Source: Xylanibacter ruminicola 23
GTDB lineage: Bacteria > Bacteroidota > Bacteroidia > Bacteroidales > Bacteroidaceae
Length of the DNA: 32,000 nucleotides
Reading direction: 5' to 3'
Assembly (NCBI RefSeq): GCF_000025925.1
Contig: NC_014033.1
Span: 360,001 to 392,000 of the forward strand
Shown: piece after piece, positions 20,015-28,638 of the stretch
Numbering within the stretch: the first letter of the stretch is position 1
Layout of the letters: each line of letters opens with the position of its first letter
Notes under the pieces: model-generated
What the model saw: only the letters and a program-made list of their open reading frames with translations
What the model was told of the DNA's origin: nothing
Databases searched by the model: none
Made by a program: the position numbers and the translations under genes

Positions 20015-20611
20015 TTAGTGCATATCACAAGGAGCAGTACTGATTATCAGGTGTTTCATGGGGTGACCGCCCCATAGATTGTCGTCAAGGTACTCGAATC
20101 CCACTTTGGTATAGAGTGCCTCACCGTCGGGATTGCCTTTATCAACCAGCAGTCCCACTCTGGGCAGGTGTAACAGGTAGCCTCGTTCCCTGGTGGCCAT
20201 CAGTAACTGCTGGGCTATACCCTGCCTACGATAGGCTGGTAGCACGGCCAGCGAGTCGAGATAGAGCTCGCCAGCCTGTGTCTCATCGTCCATACCAGTA
20301 TGATCCTTACCGATGTACGTCTTGGCGGCCTCGATAAAAGCACACCGCAACTCGTGCAGGCGGCTTCCATCGTAGCTTACCGATACGCCTACCACCTGCT
20401 TACCGTCCATCGCCACCAGCGTGTTCTTGTAACTGTACTGCGAGTCATCACGTTCTACGAGGTGGCACATCATCCGGTAAAAGTCGTCCAATCCGTAGCC
20501 CTCGCCACAGAAAAACTTACAACACTCGTCTGTCATTGCCATCATTATCAGTCGGGCAATATCCTTGTTCTGTTCCTTTATCGCGTTCTTAATCTCTATC
20601 ATCTTAACCAT
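20015..20611 (-). CDS. GNAT family N-acetyltransferase (last gene of the operon)
   Basis: GNAT motif A: LAVLPAYRRQGIAQQLL, then VGFEY near the C-terminus. ATG at 20611 is preferred over the TTG at 20614. It overlaps the upstream stop (20604-20606) by 8 nt. An alternative ATG at 20602 lies 1 nt after that stop. Confidence 0.8.
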   Translation of the reverse strand: MVKMIEIKNAIKEQNKDIARLIMMAMTDECCKFFCGEGYGLDDFYRMMCHLVERDDSQYSYKNTLVAMDGKQVVGVSVSYDGSRLHELRCAFIEAAKTYIGKDHTGMDDETQAGELYLDSLAVLPAYRRQGIAQQLLMATRERGYLLHLPRVGLLVDKGNPDGEALYTKVGFEYLDDNLWGGHPMKHLIISTAPCDMH

Positions 20612-21725
20612 CAATTTGGAAATAGCGCATGATATTCTTTTTGAACTCTTCGAGACTGAAAGGCTGCTCCTCTATCTCGAAGGTAAGACCTATCTGCTTG
20701 AGCAAGGCATCAATCTTCTCGGGCATGATCTGCGACAGTTCGGTCATGGTGTGAGGGTGGTCGGTGCTGGCGGCATCGAGCAACCGATAGGCAATCCAGG
20801 CTCCTGTGGCAGTCTCCCAGCATACGGCATTGGTGCCGTAGCGTTTCCAGGTGGTCTGGTTGGCCACCACACTCTTCACCCAGTAGAGCCTTTCTTTTGT
20901 GTCCCAGAAAAGTATGCCCGCCTGATCCTCGCCTTTCAGGCAATGGGGTACGGGGATAGAAAGCAACTCTTCATCGGTGATGTCGGCGCCCCGTTCCAGA
21001 AAATGCTGCTGCATGCCTCGTGGGGCCTGATAGATATTAGCCGTGCCCAGCAGGTTCTCGTCGCTGTGCAGCATGGAGAGCAGTTCCTCATGGGGTACGG
21101 GCAGATAATGGCGCTCGCTGCCGTGATAGGTGAGGCGTATGGTGCCACCTTCGTCATTCAGTTGCTGTGTCACATCGATGACGTTCTGCCTGGTTCCAAA
21201 CACCAACTCGGCGCGGCAACTCTCCTCGGCATACATGAATGGCGACCAGGTGCCAAATACCTCATATTCATCACTCACAGAATCGTCGTGTTCCAGTTCG
21301 AAGGCATAGTGTGGCTCCTGTGGTTTGTATCGCTGATAGACGTGTTCGAGTATGCCTGGATTGATGCCAAAGCCGAACATGATACGGCTGTGCGTAGGCC
21401 AGCACAATATCCGCTTCATTTCCTCTATATAGACGGGCGTAGATACGGTATCATCCGTTTCTATGCCGTCAGCGAAGCCAGCCACGTCGATACAGTCAAG
21501 GCCGTAGTCTATGCACATACGGGCAATCTCTATGCTGTTGGCCACCGATGTATTGACCACCACATCGAACTCATCGTGGTGACGGGGCAGAAAGTCGAAA
21601 ATGTCTTGTCCTTCTTTCAAGTCGCAGACAGTCAGTTTAAAACTGTCTTTTGGCTCCTGCTCATACATTATTTTCTCAAAGGCATGGGCGATATTACCAT
21701 AGCCTGCTAATAAAATTCGTTTCAT
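20604..21725 (-). CDS. Saccharopine dehydrogenase / homospermidine synthase-like NAD(P) enzyme, paralog 1
   Basis: N-terminal Rossmann loop RILLAGYGNIAH. The spacing NTS..(I/V)..MCIDYGLDxID, GFGINPGILEHV, ELEHDD....EVFGTWSP and NAVCWETATGAWIAY parallels bacterial HSS (NLSV...ALYIDT, GANPGMVS, ERD...FVNTWSVEG, NATGLQVSSAVLAG) as I remember it. 373 aa. Confidence 0.65.
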   Translation of the reverse strand: MKRILLAGYGNIAHAFEKIMYEQEPKDSFKLTVCDLKEGQDIFDFLPRHHDEFDVVVNTSVANSIEIARMCIDYGLDCIDVAGFADGIETDDTVSTPVYIEEMKRILCWPTHSRIMFGFGINPGILEHVYQRYKPQEPHYAFELEHDDSVSDEYEVFGTWSPFMYAEESCRAELVFGTRQNVIDVTQQLNDEGGTIRLTYHGSERHYLPVPHEELLSMLHSDENLLGTANIYQAPRGMQQHFLERGADITDEELLSIPVPHCLKGEDQAGILFWDTKERLYWVKSVVANQTTWKRYGTNAVCWETATGAWIAYRLLDAASTDHPHTMTELSQIMPEKIDALLKQIGLTFEIEEQPFSLEEFKKNIMRYFQIDG

Positions 21726-21751
21726 AGCGTGATAATTTTTAAGACGTGAAA

Positions 21752-22852
21752 TTAAAAATAGCGCATGATATTCTTTTTGAACTCTTCGACGCTGAAAGGC
21801 TGCTCCTCTACCTCGAAGGTAAGACCTATCTGGTTGAGCAAGGCGTCAATCTTCTCTGGCATGAGCAGCGACAGCTCCGTCATGGTGTGAGGATGGTTGG
21901 TGCTGACGACATCGAGCAGCCGATAGGCTATCCAGGCTCCAGTGGCCGTCTGCCAGCAAACAGCATTGGTGCCGTATCGCTTCCAGGTGGTCTGGTTGGC
22001 CATCACGTTCTTCACCCAGTACATCCTATCGCGTGTGTCCCAGAAGAGCATTCCCACATGATCATCACCCTTGAGGCAGTGAGGCACGGGAATCTTGAGG
22101 AACTCCTCAACCGTCATTTCAGTGCCATGGTCCAGAAAGCATTGCTGCATTCCTCGTGGGGCCTGAAAGAGATAGGCCGATCCGAGCAGATTCTCGTCGC
22201 TGTGCAGCATCGACATCAGTTCTTCGTGAGGTATGGGGAGATACTTGCGTTGCTCGCCATGATAGGTAAGGTGCATGGCGCCACCATCATCCTTCAGCTG
22301 CTGTGTAATGTAATTGATCTTATCTTTGTTTATCACGACCAACTCAGCACGGCAACTCTCCTCGGCATACATGTACGGTGACCAGGTGCCAAATACCTCA
22401 TATTCATCACTCACAGCATTGTCGTGTTCCAACTCGAAGGCATAGTGCGGCCCCTGTGGCTTGTACTTCTGATAGACGTGTTCGAGGATACCGGGATTGA
22501 TGCCAAAGCCACACATGATGCGGCTGCGGGTCGGACATTTCAGCAGCGGATCCAAAGCGAACAAGAAGTCCACAGCCGTCGTACCATCACCCATACCTTC
22601 ATCTACACCCATATCAATATAGTCCAGGCCGTAGTCGATGCACATCTGTGTAACATCACAGGTCTCGGCCTGCGACGTGTTTAATACGAGATCAAATTCG
22701 TTATGATGCTCTGGCAGATAACTGAGAATCTCTTGTCCATCCTTCAAGTCGCAGGTAGTAAATGTATAACTTCCACTCGGTTCCTGCTCTTTCATGATTT
22801 GTACAAAGGCATGGGCGACATTGCCATAGCCTGCTAACAAAATTCGTTTCAT
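21752..22852 (-). CDS. Saccharopine dehydrogenase / homospermidine synthase-like NAD(P) enzyme, paralog 2
   Basis: 366 aa. By eye about 70% identical to paralog 1, with the same motifs (GYGNVAH, GFGINPGILEHV, ELEHDN..EVFGTWSP). A 4-nt ATGA overlap joins it to the upstream C-domain gene. Confidence 0.65.
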   Translation of the reverse strand: MKRILLAGYGNVAHAFVQIMKEQEPSGSYTFTTCDLKDGQEILSYLPEHHNEFDLVLNTSQAETCDVTQMCIDYGLDYIDMGVDEGMGDGTTAVDFLFALDPLLKCPTRSRIMCGFGINPGILEHVYQKYKPQGPHYAFELEHDNAVSDEYEVFGTWSPYMYAEESCRAELVVINKDKINYITQQLKDDGGAMHLTYHGEQRKYLPIPHEELMSMLHSDENLLGSAYLFQAPRGMQQCFLDHGTEMTVEEFLKIPVPHCLKGDDHVGMLFWDTRDRMYWVKNVMANQTTWKRYGTNAVCWQTATGAWIAYRLLDVVSTNHPHTMTELSLLMPEKIDALLNQIGLTFEVEEQPFSVEEFKKNIMRYF

Positions 22853-24096
22853 TTCTTATAGAATATAATATTACTTATAGTTTCTTCTTGGTTGCCTACA
22901 AGTCGGAGTGCCATCTGGCCGGTTATTTCCGACAAGGTGTCGATCTGTTGTTGAGTATATAGGGCACTGCTACAATCAGTAAATACCTCGTATAGATCGT
23001 CACGACGTGTGACGTAGGTAGATGAGTGCTCGCCTGTGAGCGATGGATCTATATGATAGGTGTTCCACAGTTTGCCGTCGATATTGATATATTCTGAGAT
23101 AGTGCTGGCATTATACCCCATCTCCGCACCATCGTCGAGACCAATTTCGCGCAGCAGATGATATTCAGGGTAGATGCGGTAGCGCATGGAACAGAATAAC
23201 TCTCTGCGTGTCTGGCTAAGCAGTTCGGTCACGGTCTGACCTGGATCTGTATCGATCATGATAGGCAGACTGGTTAAGTAGTGACCATAGACATGGTCGG
23301 TGAGTCGCCGGTCGCCGCGCCCATGATTAAAGGTGTAGAAAGCCACACGCCTCTCGCCCGACATATAGGCTAATGCCAAGGCATAGGCAGCATAGAAAAC
23401 AGTGGTGGGCGTTTGACCTATGCGTTGACAGCCTTCATCGATGATAGTGGCCGACACCATGGGGTGCGAACTAATGGCAGGTCCCAATGGGTTGTCGGTC
23501 TCACGACAAAAATCAGTCACTTGTAGGCCCTCGAACTTCTTCAAATAGTATTCCCTGGCACGGCGATAGGCATCGCTGTCGTAGCTGGCGATTTCCTGAC
23601 GTGTTATTTCTGCGGCAATGTCTCCCTGCTGATAGAGGGGCTTGCCCTGCAGCGCTTCTTCAAAAGCATTCCACAGTGCTCTTTGAGATATACCGTCGAA
23701 GAAAAGGTGATGGTTTTCCATGACAACGTAGCACTTACTGTCGGTCTCTACCAGAGAGAGGTGAACGCAGGCCTCGTTGAATATGTCGAAGGGTTTTGTA
23801 AACGTGGGTTCTGCAGCCTCCCATTCCGCATCGCTCATGCGATAGTAATGCACGTTGTTGGGCATCTGCCAGTCCTCACAAATCATGATGTCGTCACCCT
23901 GGCGAACTAGATGTATATGCAGGTAACGCTGCTCATCCAGCATCCGCTGCATGGCTCGCTGAAAACGCTGTGCTGACGAGCGTTCGAAGGGCATACATAA
24001 TGTAACGTTGTGCTGCGTCAACTCTGGGGCTTGCATAAATTCCTCATAGCACTCCCACTGTATGGCGTTCAATGGGTAAGTAATATTTTCTTTCAT
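22849..24096 (-). CDS. Free-standing NRPS-type condensation (C) domain protein
   Basis: Catalytic motif ENHHLFFDGIS (HHxxxDG; codons at 23692-23712). C1-like YPLNAIQWECY and C5-like VYGHYLTSLPIMID. At 415 aa it is one C domain with no A, T or TE domain attached. Confidence 0.75.
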   Translation of the reverse strand: MKENITYPLNAIQWECYEEFMQAPELTQHNVTLCMPFERSSAQRFQRAMQRMLDEQRYLHIHLVRQGDDIMICEDWQMPNNVHYYRMSDAEWEAAEPTFTKPFDIFNEACVHLSLVETDSKCYVVMENHHLFFDGISQRALWNAFEEALQGKPLYQQGDIAAEITRQEIASYDSDAYRRAREYYLKKFEGLQVTDFCRETDNPLGPAISSHPMVSATIIDEGCQRIGQTPTTVFYAAYALALAYMSGERRVAFYTFNHGRGDRRLTDHVYGHYLTSLPIMIDTDPGQTVTELLSQTRRELFCSMRYRIYPEYHLLREIGLDDGAEMGYNASTISEYINIDGKLWNTYHIDPSLTGEHSSTYVTRRDDLYEVFTDCSSALYTQQQIDTLSEITGQMALRLVGNQEETISNIIFYKK

Positions 24097-24129
24097 AATC
24101 TTTGTTTTAGGGTTATATTATTTGTTGTT

Positions 24130-25554
24130 TCACTTCATTTTGCTGTCCATACCACCTCCCAGTGCTTTATATAGCTGAATGTGTGCAGCTATCATTTCAT
24201 AGCGGTGGGCCAGTAGTTGCAGACGGGCTTCGAGCAACGACTGGCGGGCCAGCAGCACCTGCAGGTAGTTCACGTCTTCATCGTACTGCATACGAACCTT
24301 CGAGGCATCGGCAATGCGCTGCAGCTTCTCAACTTGTTGCTCGCCCAGGCTGATGGCCCGGCGTGCGTACTGCTCTGTAGCCAGGATGTCGTTCACTTCC
24401 TGACCAGCCTCTAACACCGTCTGACGGAAGGCTACTTTTGCCGCCTCCTGTTCAGCTTTGGCACGCTGCACCTCGGCACGCAGTCGGCCTCCTTGGAAGA
24501 TAGGTTGTGTAAGCGAGCCTAAGGCGCTCATCAGCACACCTGCAGGACTGACAATCTCTCCAACATCATTCGTCCACCCGATGCTACCAGAGAGCGACAG
24601 CGATGGATAGAGCGCTGCGCGTGCCTCGTTGGTGGCATAGAATGCAGCCTTCAGCTCAGCCTCGGCCTGACGAACGTCGGGACGCCGGGCCAGGGCACGG
24701 ATGCTGATCGACGGCATACTGCTGATGGCGATGCACGATGAGCCCAGCGAGTCGCGGTCGATATGCTGACAGGGACGCCCCAGCACGGTACACAGGGCAT
24801 TCTCGGCCTGACGTAGTTGCATGCAGAGTTCCTCGAGGGTGGTCTCAGCTTCGAGCTTGGCAGCCTCCGACTGGTCGACATCGTCGCTGGTAGCCTCGCC
24901 TACAGCCAGTAGCACTTTTTGGGTGGCGATACCCTCCTCCCAACTCTGGATGATGGAGCGGGTATCGGCTATCTGTGCATCGTACATCTCCAGTTGGTAG
25001 TAGGCCGCAGCCACAGTAGCAATAAGTTCGGTGCGAACAGCCTGCTCGTAGGCCATCTGCTGTTCTACAGTGGCAGCAGCACCTCGCTTGGCATTGCGCA
25101 CTCGTCCGAATGCATCAATCTCCCAACTGGCCTCTAAACCTACGTTATAGCCAGAGGATGTAGCAGTAAAATCGCTGTTTTTAAATCGCGAATTGCTCTT
25201 CTCGGCCGTCAGCCCTATGGCGGGAAACAGTTCGCCTTTTGCACCACGGAGCAAGGCTTTGGCAGCCTGTACTTGCAAGTGGCCCTGCTGAAGGTCGCTG
25301 TTGTGCAACAATGCTTCGTCGATGAGTGCAACCAAGCGGGGCTCGGTAAAGGCCTCGCGCCAGTCTGCTGGCAAATTGCCTGCCACGCTGTCGGCAGTAG
25401 AAACACCCGCTGCATTGAGTTGCGCTTTCAGTACATCATTGGCTGTAGAGTCAGAGTGATAAGATGAGTAGGTTTTACAGCCCGACAGCATACAGATGGC
25501 GGTAAGCACAGCTAAGGTTGTCATGGCCTGACGCGGTCGTAGCCTTTCTTCCAT
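24130..25554 (-). other. OMF moiety of the fusion ORF; possible independent internal initiation at ATG 25554 or ATG 25524
   Basis: In-frame ATGs sit at 25552-25554 (M1029) and 25522-25524 (M1039), upstream of the lipobox Cys1054. No stop codon lies between the RND moiety and this segment. Confidence 0.45.
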
Positions 25555-28500
25555 CGTTTGGAAGAGAATGAAGAACACAGGCACAAAGAGCAGCAGGGCC
25601 AGCGTACCTACCAGCATACCGCCTACCACACATAAGCCCAGCGTAACGTTACCCATGGCACCGGCGCCCCGCTCAAAGATCATTGGCATCAGACCTACGA
25701 TGAGTGTGAGGGCGGTCATCAGGATGGGGCGCAATCGTGCTTTGGCGGCATCGAGTGCTGCTGCAACGATGGTCATCCCCTCACGGCGACGTTCGCAGGC
25801 ATATTCTGTAATCAGGATGGCAGTCTTGGCCAGCAGGCCGATAAGCATGATGATACCCACCTGCATATAGATATTGTTCTCCAGCTCCGCGAGATTGATG
25901 AGCAGGAAGCTGCCAACCAGTCCGAAAGGCACGCTGAACATGACGGCCATAGGAATGAGCAGACTCTCGTATAGGCAACAGAGCACAATGAAAACGAGCA
26001 ACAGGCTGATGGCAAACACCCAGGCTGTGGATGATGAGGAAGCGGCTTCCTCGCGAGCCGTACCAGTGTACTCATAGCCATAGCCCTGTGGCAGGGTGGC
26101 AGCCGACACCTCGCTCACCACATCAATCACATCGCCCGAGGTGTAGCCCTCGGCAGGCGTCAGTTCTACGCTGATGCCCTGGAATAGGTTGAAGCGATTA
26201 ATCGACTGAAGGCCATAGGTCTTCTTCAGCGTGATGAGTTCAGTGATTGGCGTGTAGGCACCCTTCTCCGTGACAACCAAGATGTTGTTCAGGGCGTCTT
26301 TGTTCATGCGCAATTTGGGATCTGACTGCAGCATGACGTGATAAAGCTTTCCGAAACTGTTGAACTGTGAGGCATAGTTACCGCCGATATAGCCGTTGAG
26401 CACACTGAGCACGCTGGCAGGCTCGATGCCATAGCGCTTACACAGCGAGGCATTCACCGTGACGGTATATTGCGGATAATTCACCTCGTAAGGGGAGTAA
26501 ACCTCTTCTATCTCAGGTCGTGCTTCCAGTGCCTTCATAAAGCTGTCAGACACTTCCTTGAGTTTGGTAATGGAACCGCCGCCGTAGTCTTCAACATACA
26601 GTTCCACACTGTTGCTATAGCTATAGCCAAAGACGGTAGGGAGCAGGAATACAAACATCGAACCACTCTTCACCTGATGGGTGGCTGCCTCTATACGGTC
26701 GTAGATGCTGAAGATGTCGTGGCCATCGTCCTGACGGTCGTCCCAGTGCTTCAGACGTCCCATCACCAGGCCGGTGTTGGGGCCCTCTCCGCCAAGGATA
26801 TTCCAGCCGGCTACCGAACCTGTGGCCCGCACATCGGGGTCGTTCTCAATGATTTCCGACATCTCCTTCACCGTCTTTTGTGTTTGTGCCAATGTAGAAC
26901 CCGATGGTGTGGTAATGTCGACAAAAACAATGCCTGTGTCCTCGTCGGGTACCAGACCAGTAGGGGTGCTATAGAGCATCCAGGCCAACAGGACGATGCT
27001 AACAGCAGTCAGCACACCTACGAGCCAGCGGCGACGGATGAACCAGCCCATAGCCCGACTGTATTTTCCTAACAGCGCGTCGAAAGCCTTGTTGTAGGCA
27101 CGGCGGAAGCGTACTGACCACGATTGAGCCTCCCCACCCTCTGGGGACCGTGGCTTCATCAACAGCGCACACAGAGCAGGACAGAGCGTCAATGCACAGA
27201 ATGTAGATATGGCTACAGCCACAGCCATCGTCAGTCCGAACTGTCGGTAATAGGCTCCGCTGAGTCCACCCATAAATGCGGCGGGAATAAACACACACAT
27301 GAAGACAATGGTGGTGGTGATAATGGCAGTCGAGATGTTATGCATCGCCTGGATAGTGGCATTCTTGGCTGTTGCAGCCGGATCTTCCAGTTTCTCCTGC
27401 ACCGCCTCCACCACCACGATGGCATCGTCTACCACCGTACCGATGACCAGTACCAAAGCAAAGAGGGTAATGAGGTTGAGTGTGAAACCCACCATATACA
27501 TAAAGGCAAAGGTGCCCACAAGCGAGACGATGATGCTTATGGACGGAATGATGGTGGCGCGCCAGTTTTGCAGGAACAGCAGTACCACGAGAATGACGAG
27601 CAGCAAGGCCTCAAACAGTGTCTTGTAAACCGCATTCATCGAGGCATCGAGGAAGTCGTTGGTGTCTAAGAGCACCTTGAACTCCAACCCTGCCGGCAAT
27701 TTCGGCTCCAACTCGGTCATGAGCCGGTCTATTTCATGGTTCACCTGTTGGGCGTTGGCCCCGGTAGCTGGGGTGATGATGGCAATGGTACCATTGTGAG
27801 AGTTCACCCAACTATCGCAGGCATAGGTTACCGTACCCAATTCTACGCGAGCCACATCTTTCAGGTGCAGGTCGTTAAAGCCATCGGTCTTTAAGACAAT
27901 ATCCTCAAAATCTTGTGGATTTTCCAAGCGCCCCCTATATACCAATGTGTACTGGTAGGTACCCTTTGAATCCTCACCCAACGTACCGATGGCAGCTTCC
28001 ACGTTTTGACCTTCCAGGGCTTTGATAATGTCTTCTGGATTCAGTTGGTACAATGCCATCATCTTCGGGTCCATCCATATACGCATGCTATAAACATTGC
28101 CCATCAACTGAATATTGCCAACACCGGCGATGCGTTGCAGGCGTGGCTGCACGTTGATATTGAAATAGTTGGTGATGAAGGCATTGTCATAGCGATTGTC
28201 GGGACACTCCAGGGCGATGATGCGCAGCATGCCCTGTTCTTCCTTCTCCACCTGCACACCAATGTTCAGCACCTCGGCGGGCAGATAGCCTTTAGCCTCC
28301 TCTACACGGTTCTTGACACGGATCTGTGCCAGGTCGGGGTCGGTGCCAGGTCGGAAGGTAACACTGACGGTAGCTATGCCACTACTGGTTGACGATGAAG
28401 TAATATACTCCATGCCCTCCACACCATTGACAGCCTCCTCAATAGGCGTAACCACACTTTTCATCACAGCCTCGGCGCTGGCTCCAGTGTACTCCGTATT

Positions 28501-28638
28501 GATAGTGACCACGGGTGGTGCCACATTCGGGAACTGCTCAACAGGCAGATTGATATATCCTACAATGCCCGCCAAAAGGACAAGCACTGAAAGGGCGCAG
28601 GCAAAGATAGGACGATTGATAAAGAAACGACTAATCAT
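24130..28638 (-). CDS. RND (HAE1/AcrB-like) inner-membrane pump fused in frame to a NodT-type outer-membrane factor lipoprotein
   Basis: Single uninterrupted 1502-aa ORF. Residues 1-1028 form the AcrB-like part: MISRFFINRPIFA, proton relay GTVVDDAIVV (TM4), LLAKTAIL (TM10), RLRPILMT (TM11), last TM ...LLLFVPVFFILFQ. Residues 1029-1502 start with a complete lipoprotein signal, MEERLRPRQAMTTLAVLTAICMLSGC. A TolC/NodT-type repeat protein follows (...LFPAIGLTAEKSNSRF..., ...LYPSLSLSGSIGWTND...). Confidence 0.9.
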   Translation of the reverse strand: MISRFFINRPIFACALSVLVLLAGIVGYINLPVEQFPNVAPPVVTINTEYTGASAEAVMKSVVTPIEEAVNGVEGMEYITSSSTSSGIATVSVTFRPGTDPDLAQIRVKNRVEEAKGYLPAEVLNIGVQVEKEEQGMLRIIALECPDNRYDNAFITNYFNINVQPRLQRIAGVGNIQLMGNVYSMRIWMDPKMMALYQLNPEDIIKALEGQNVEAAIGTLGEDSKGTYQYTLVYRGRLENPQDFEDIVLKTDGFNDLHLKDVARVELGTVTYACDSWVNSHNGTIAIITPATGANAQQVNHEIDRLMTELEPKLPAGLEFKVLLDTNDFLDASMNAVYKTLFEALLLVILVVLLFLQNWRATIIPSISIIVSLVGTFAFMYMVGFTLNLITLFALVLVIGTVVDDAIVVVEAVQEKLEDPAATAKNATIQAMHNISTAIITTTIVFMCVFIPAAFMGGLSGAYYRQFGLTMAVAVAISTFCALTLCPALCALLMKPRSPEGGEAQSWSVRFRRAYNKAFDALLGKYSRAMGWFIRRRWLVGVLTAVSIVLLAWMLYSTPTGLVPDEDTGIVFVDITTPSGSTLAQTQKTVKEMSEIIENDPDVRATGSVAGWNILGGEGPNTGLVMGRLKHWDDRQDDGHDIFSIYDRIEAATHQVKSGSMFVFLLPTVFGYSYSNSVELYVEDYGGGSITKLKEVSDSFMKALEARPEIEEVYSPYEVNYPQYTVTVNASLCKRYGIEPASVLSVLNGYIGGNYASQFNSFGKLYHVMLQSDPKLRMNKDALNNILVVTEKGAYTPITELITLKKTYGLQSINRFNLFQGISVELTPAEGYTSGDVIDVVSEVSAATLPQGYGYEYTGTAREEAASSSSTAWVFAISLLLVFIVLCCLYESLLIPMAVMFSVPFGLVGSFLLINLAELENNIYMQVGIIMLIGLLAKTAILITEYACERRREGMTIVAAALDAAKARLRPILMTALTLIVGLMPMIFERGAGAMGNVTLGLCVVGGMLVGTLALLLFVPVFFILFQTMEERLRPRQAMTTLAVLTAICMLSGCKTYSSYHSDSTANDVLKAQLNAAGVSTADSVAGNLPADWREAFTEPRLVALIDEALLHNSDLQQGHLQVQAAKALLRGAKGELFPAIGLTAEKSNSRFKNSDFTATSSGYNVGLEASWEIDAFGRVRNAKRGAAATVEQQMAYEQAVRTELIATVAAAYYQLEMYDAQIADTRSIIQSWEEGIATQKVLLAVGEATSDDVDQSEAAKLEAETTLEELCMQLRQAENALCTVLGRPCQHIDRDSLGSSCIAISSMPSISIRALARRPDVRQAEAELKAAFYATNEARAALYPSLSLSGSIGWTNDVGEIVSPAGVLMSALGSLTQPIFQGGRLRAEVQRAKAEQEAAKVAFRQTVLEAGQEVNDILATEQYARRAISLGEQQVEKLQRIADASKVRMQYDEDVNYLQVLLARQSLLEARLQLLAHRYEMIAAHIQLYKALGGGMDSKMK

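Noticed and set aside
20057-20076. Hairpin ATGGGG-tgaccg-CCCCAT inside the GNAT 3' end, considered as a bidirectional terminator for the convergent coaW and GNAT transcripts
   Set aside because: The stem is only 6 bp and no T/U run follows on either strand. It is too weak to call.
20565-22381. Long plus-strand ORFs (381 aa at 20565-21710 and 211 aa at 21746-22381) covering the two HSS-like genes
   Set aside because: They are codon-aligned antisense shadows of minus-strand genes that carry clear enzyme motifs. Their products are low-complexity, have no recognisable domains, and mirror each other only because the sense genes are paralogs. Similar long shadows occur all over this window, so they reflect codon usage (few TTA/CTA/TCA codons) rather than genes.
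25520-25560. Possibility that the RND and OMF moieties are two ordinary genes separated by a stop codon that I misread
   Set aside because: I translated the junction by hand on the minus strand: ...TTC CAA ACG ATG GAA GAA AGG CTA CGA CCG CGT CAG GCC ATG ACA.... There is no stop and the frame is the same throughout, which agrees with the supplied ORF track. A sequencing or assembly error cannot be excluded without reads.
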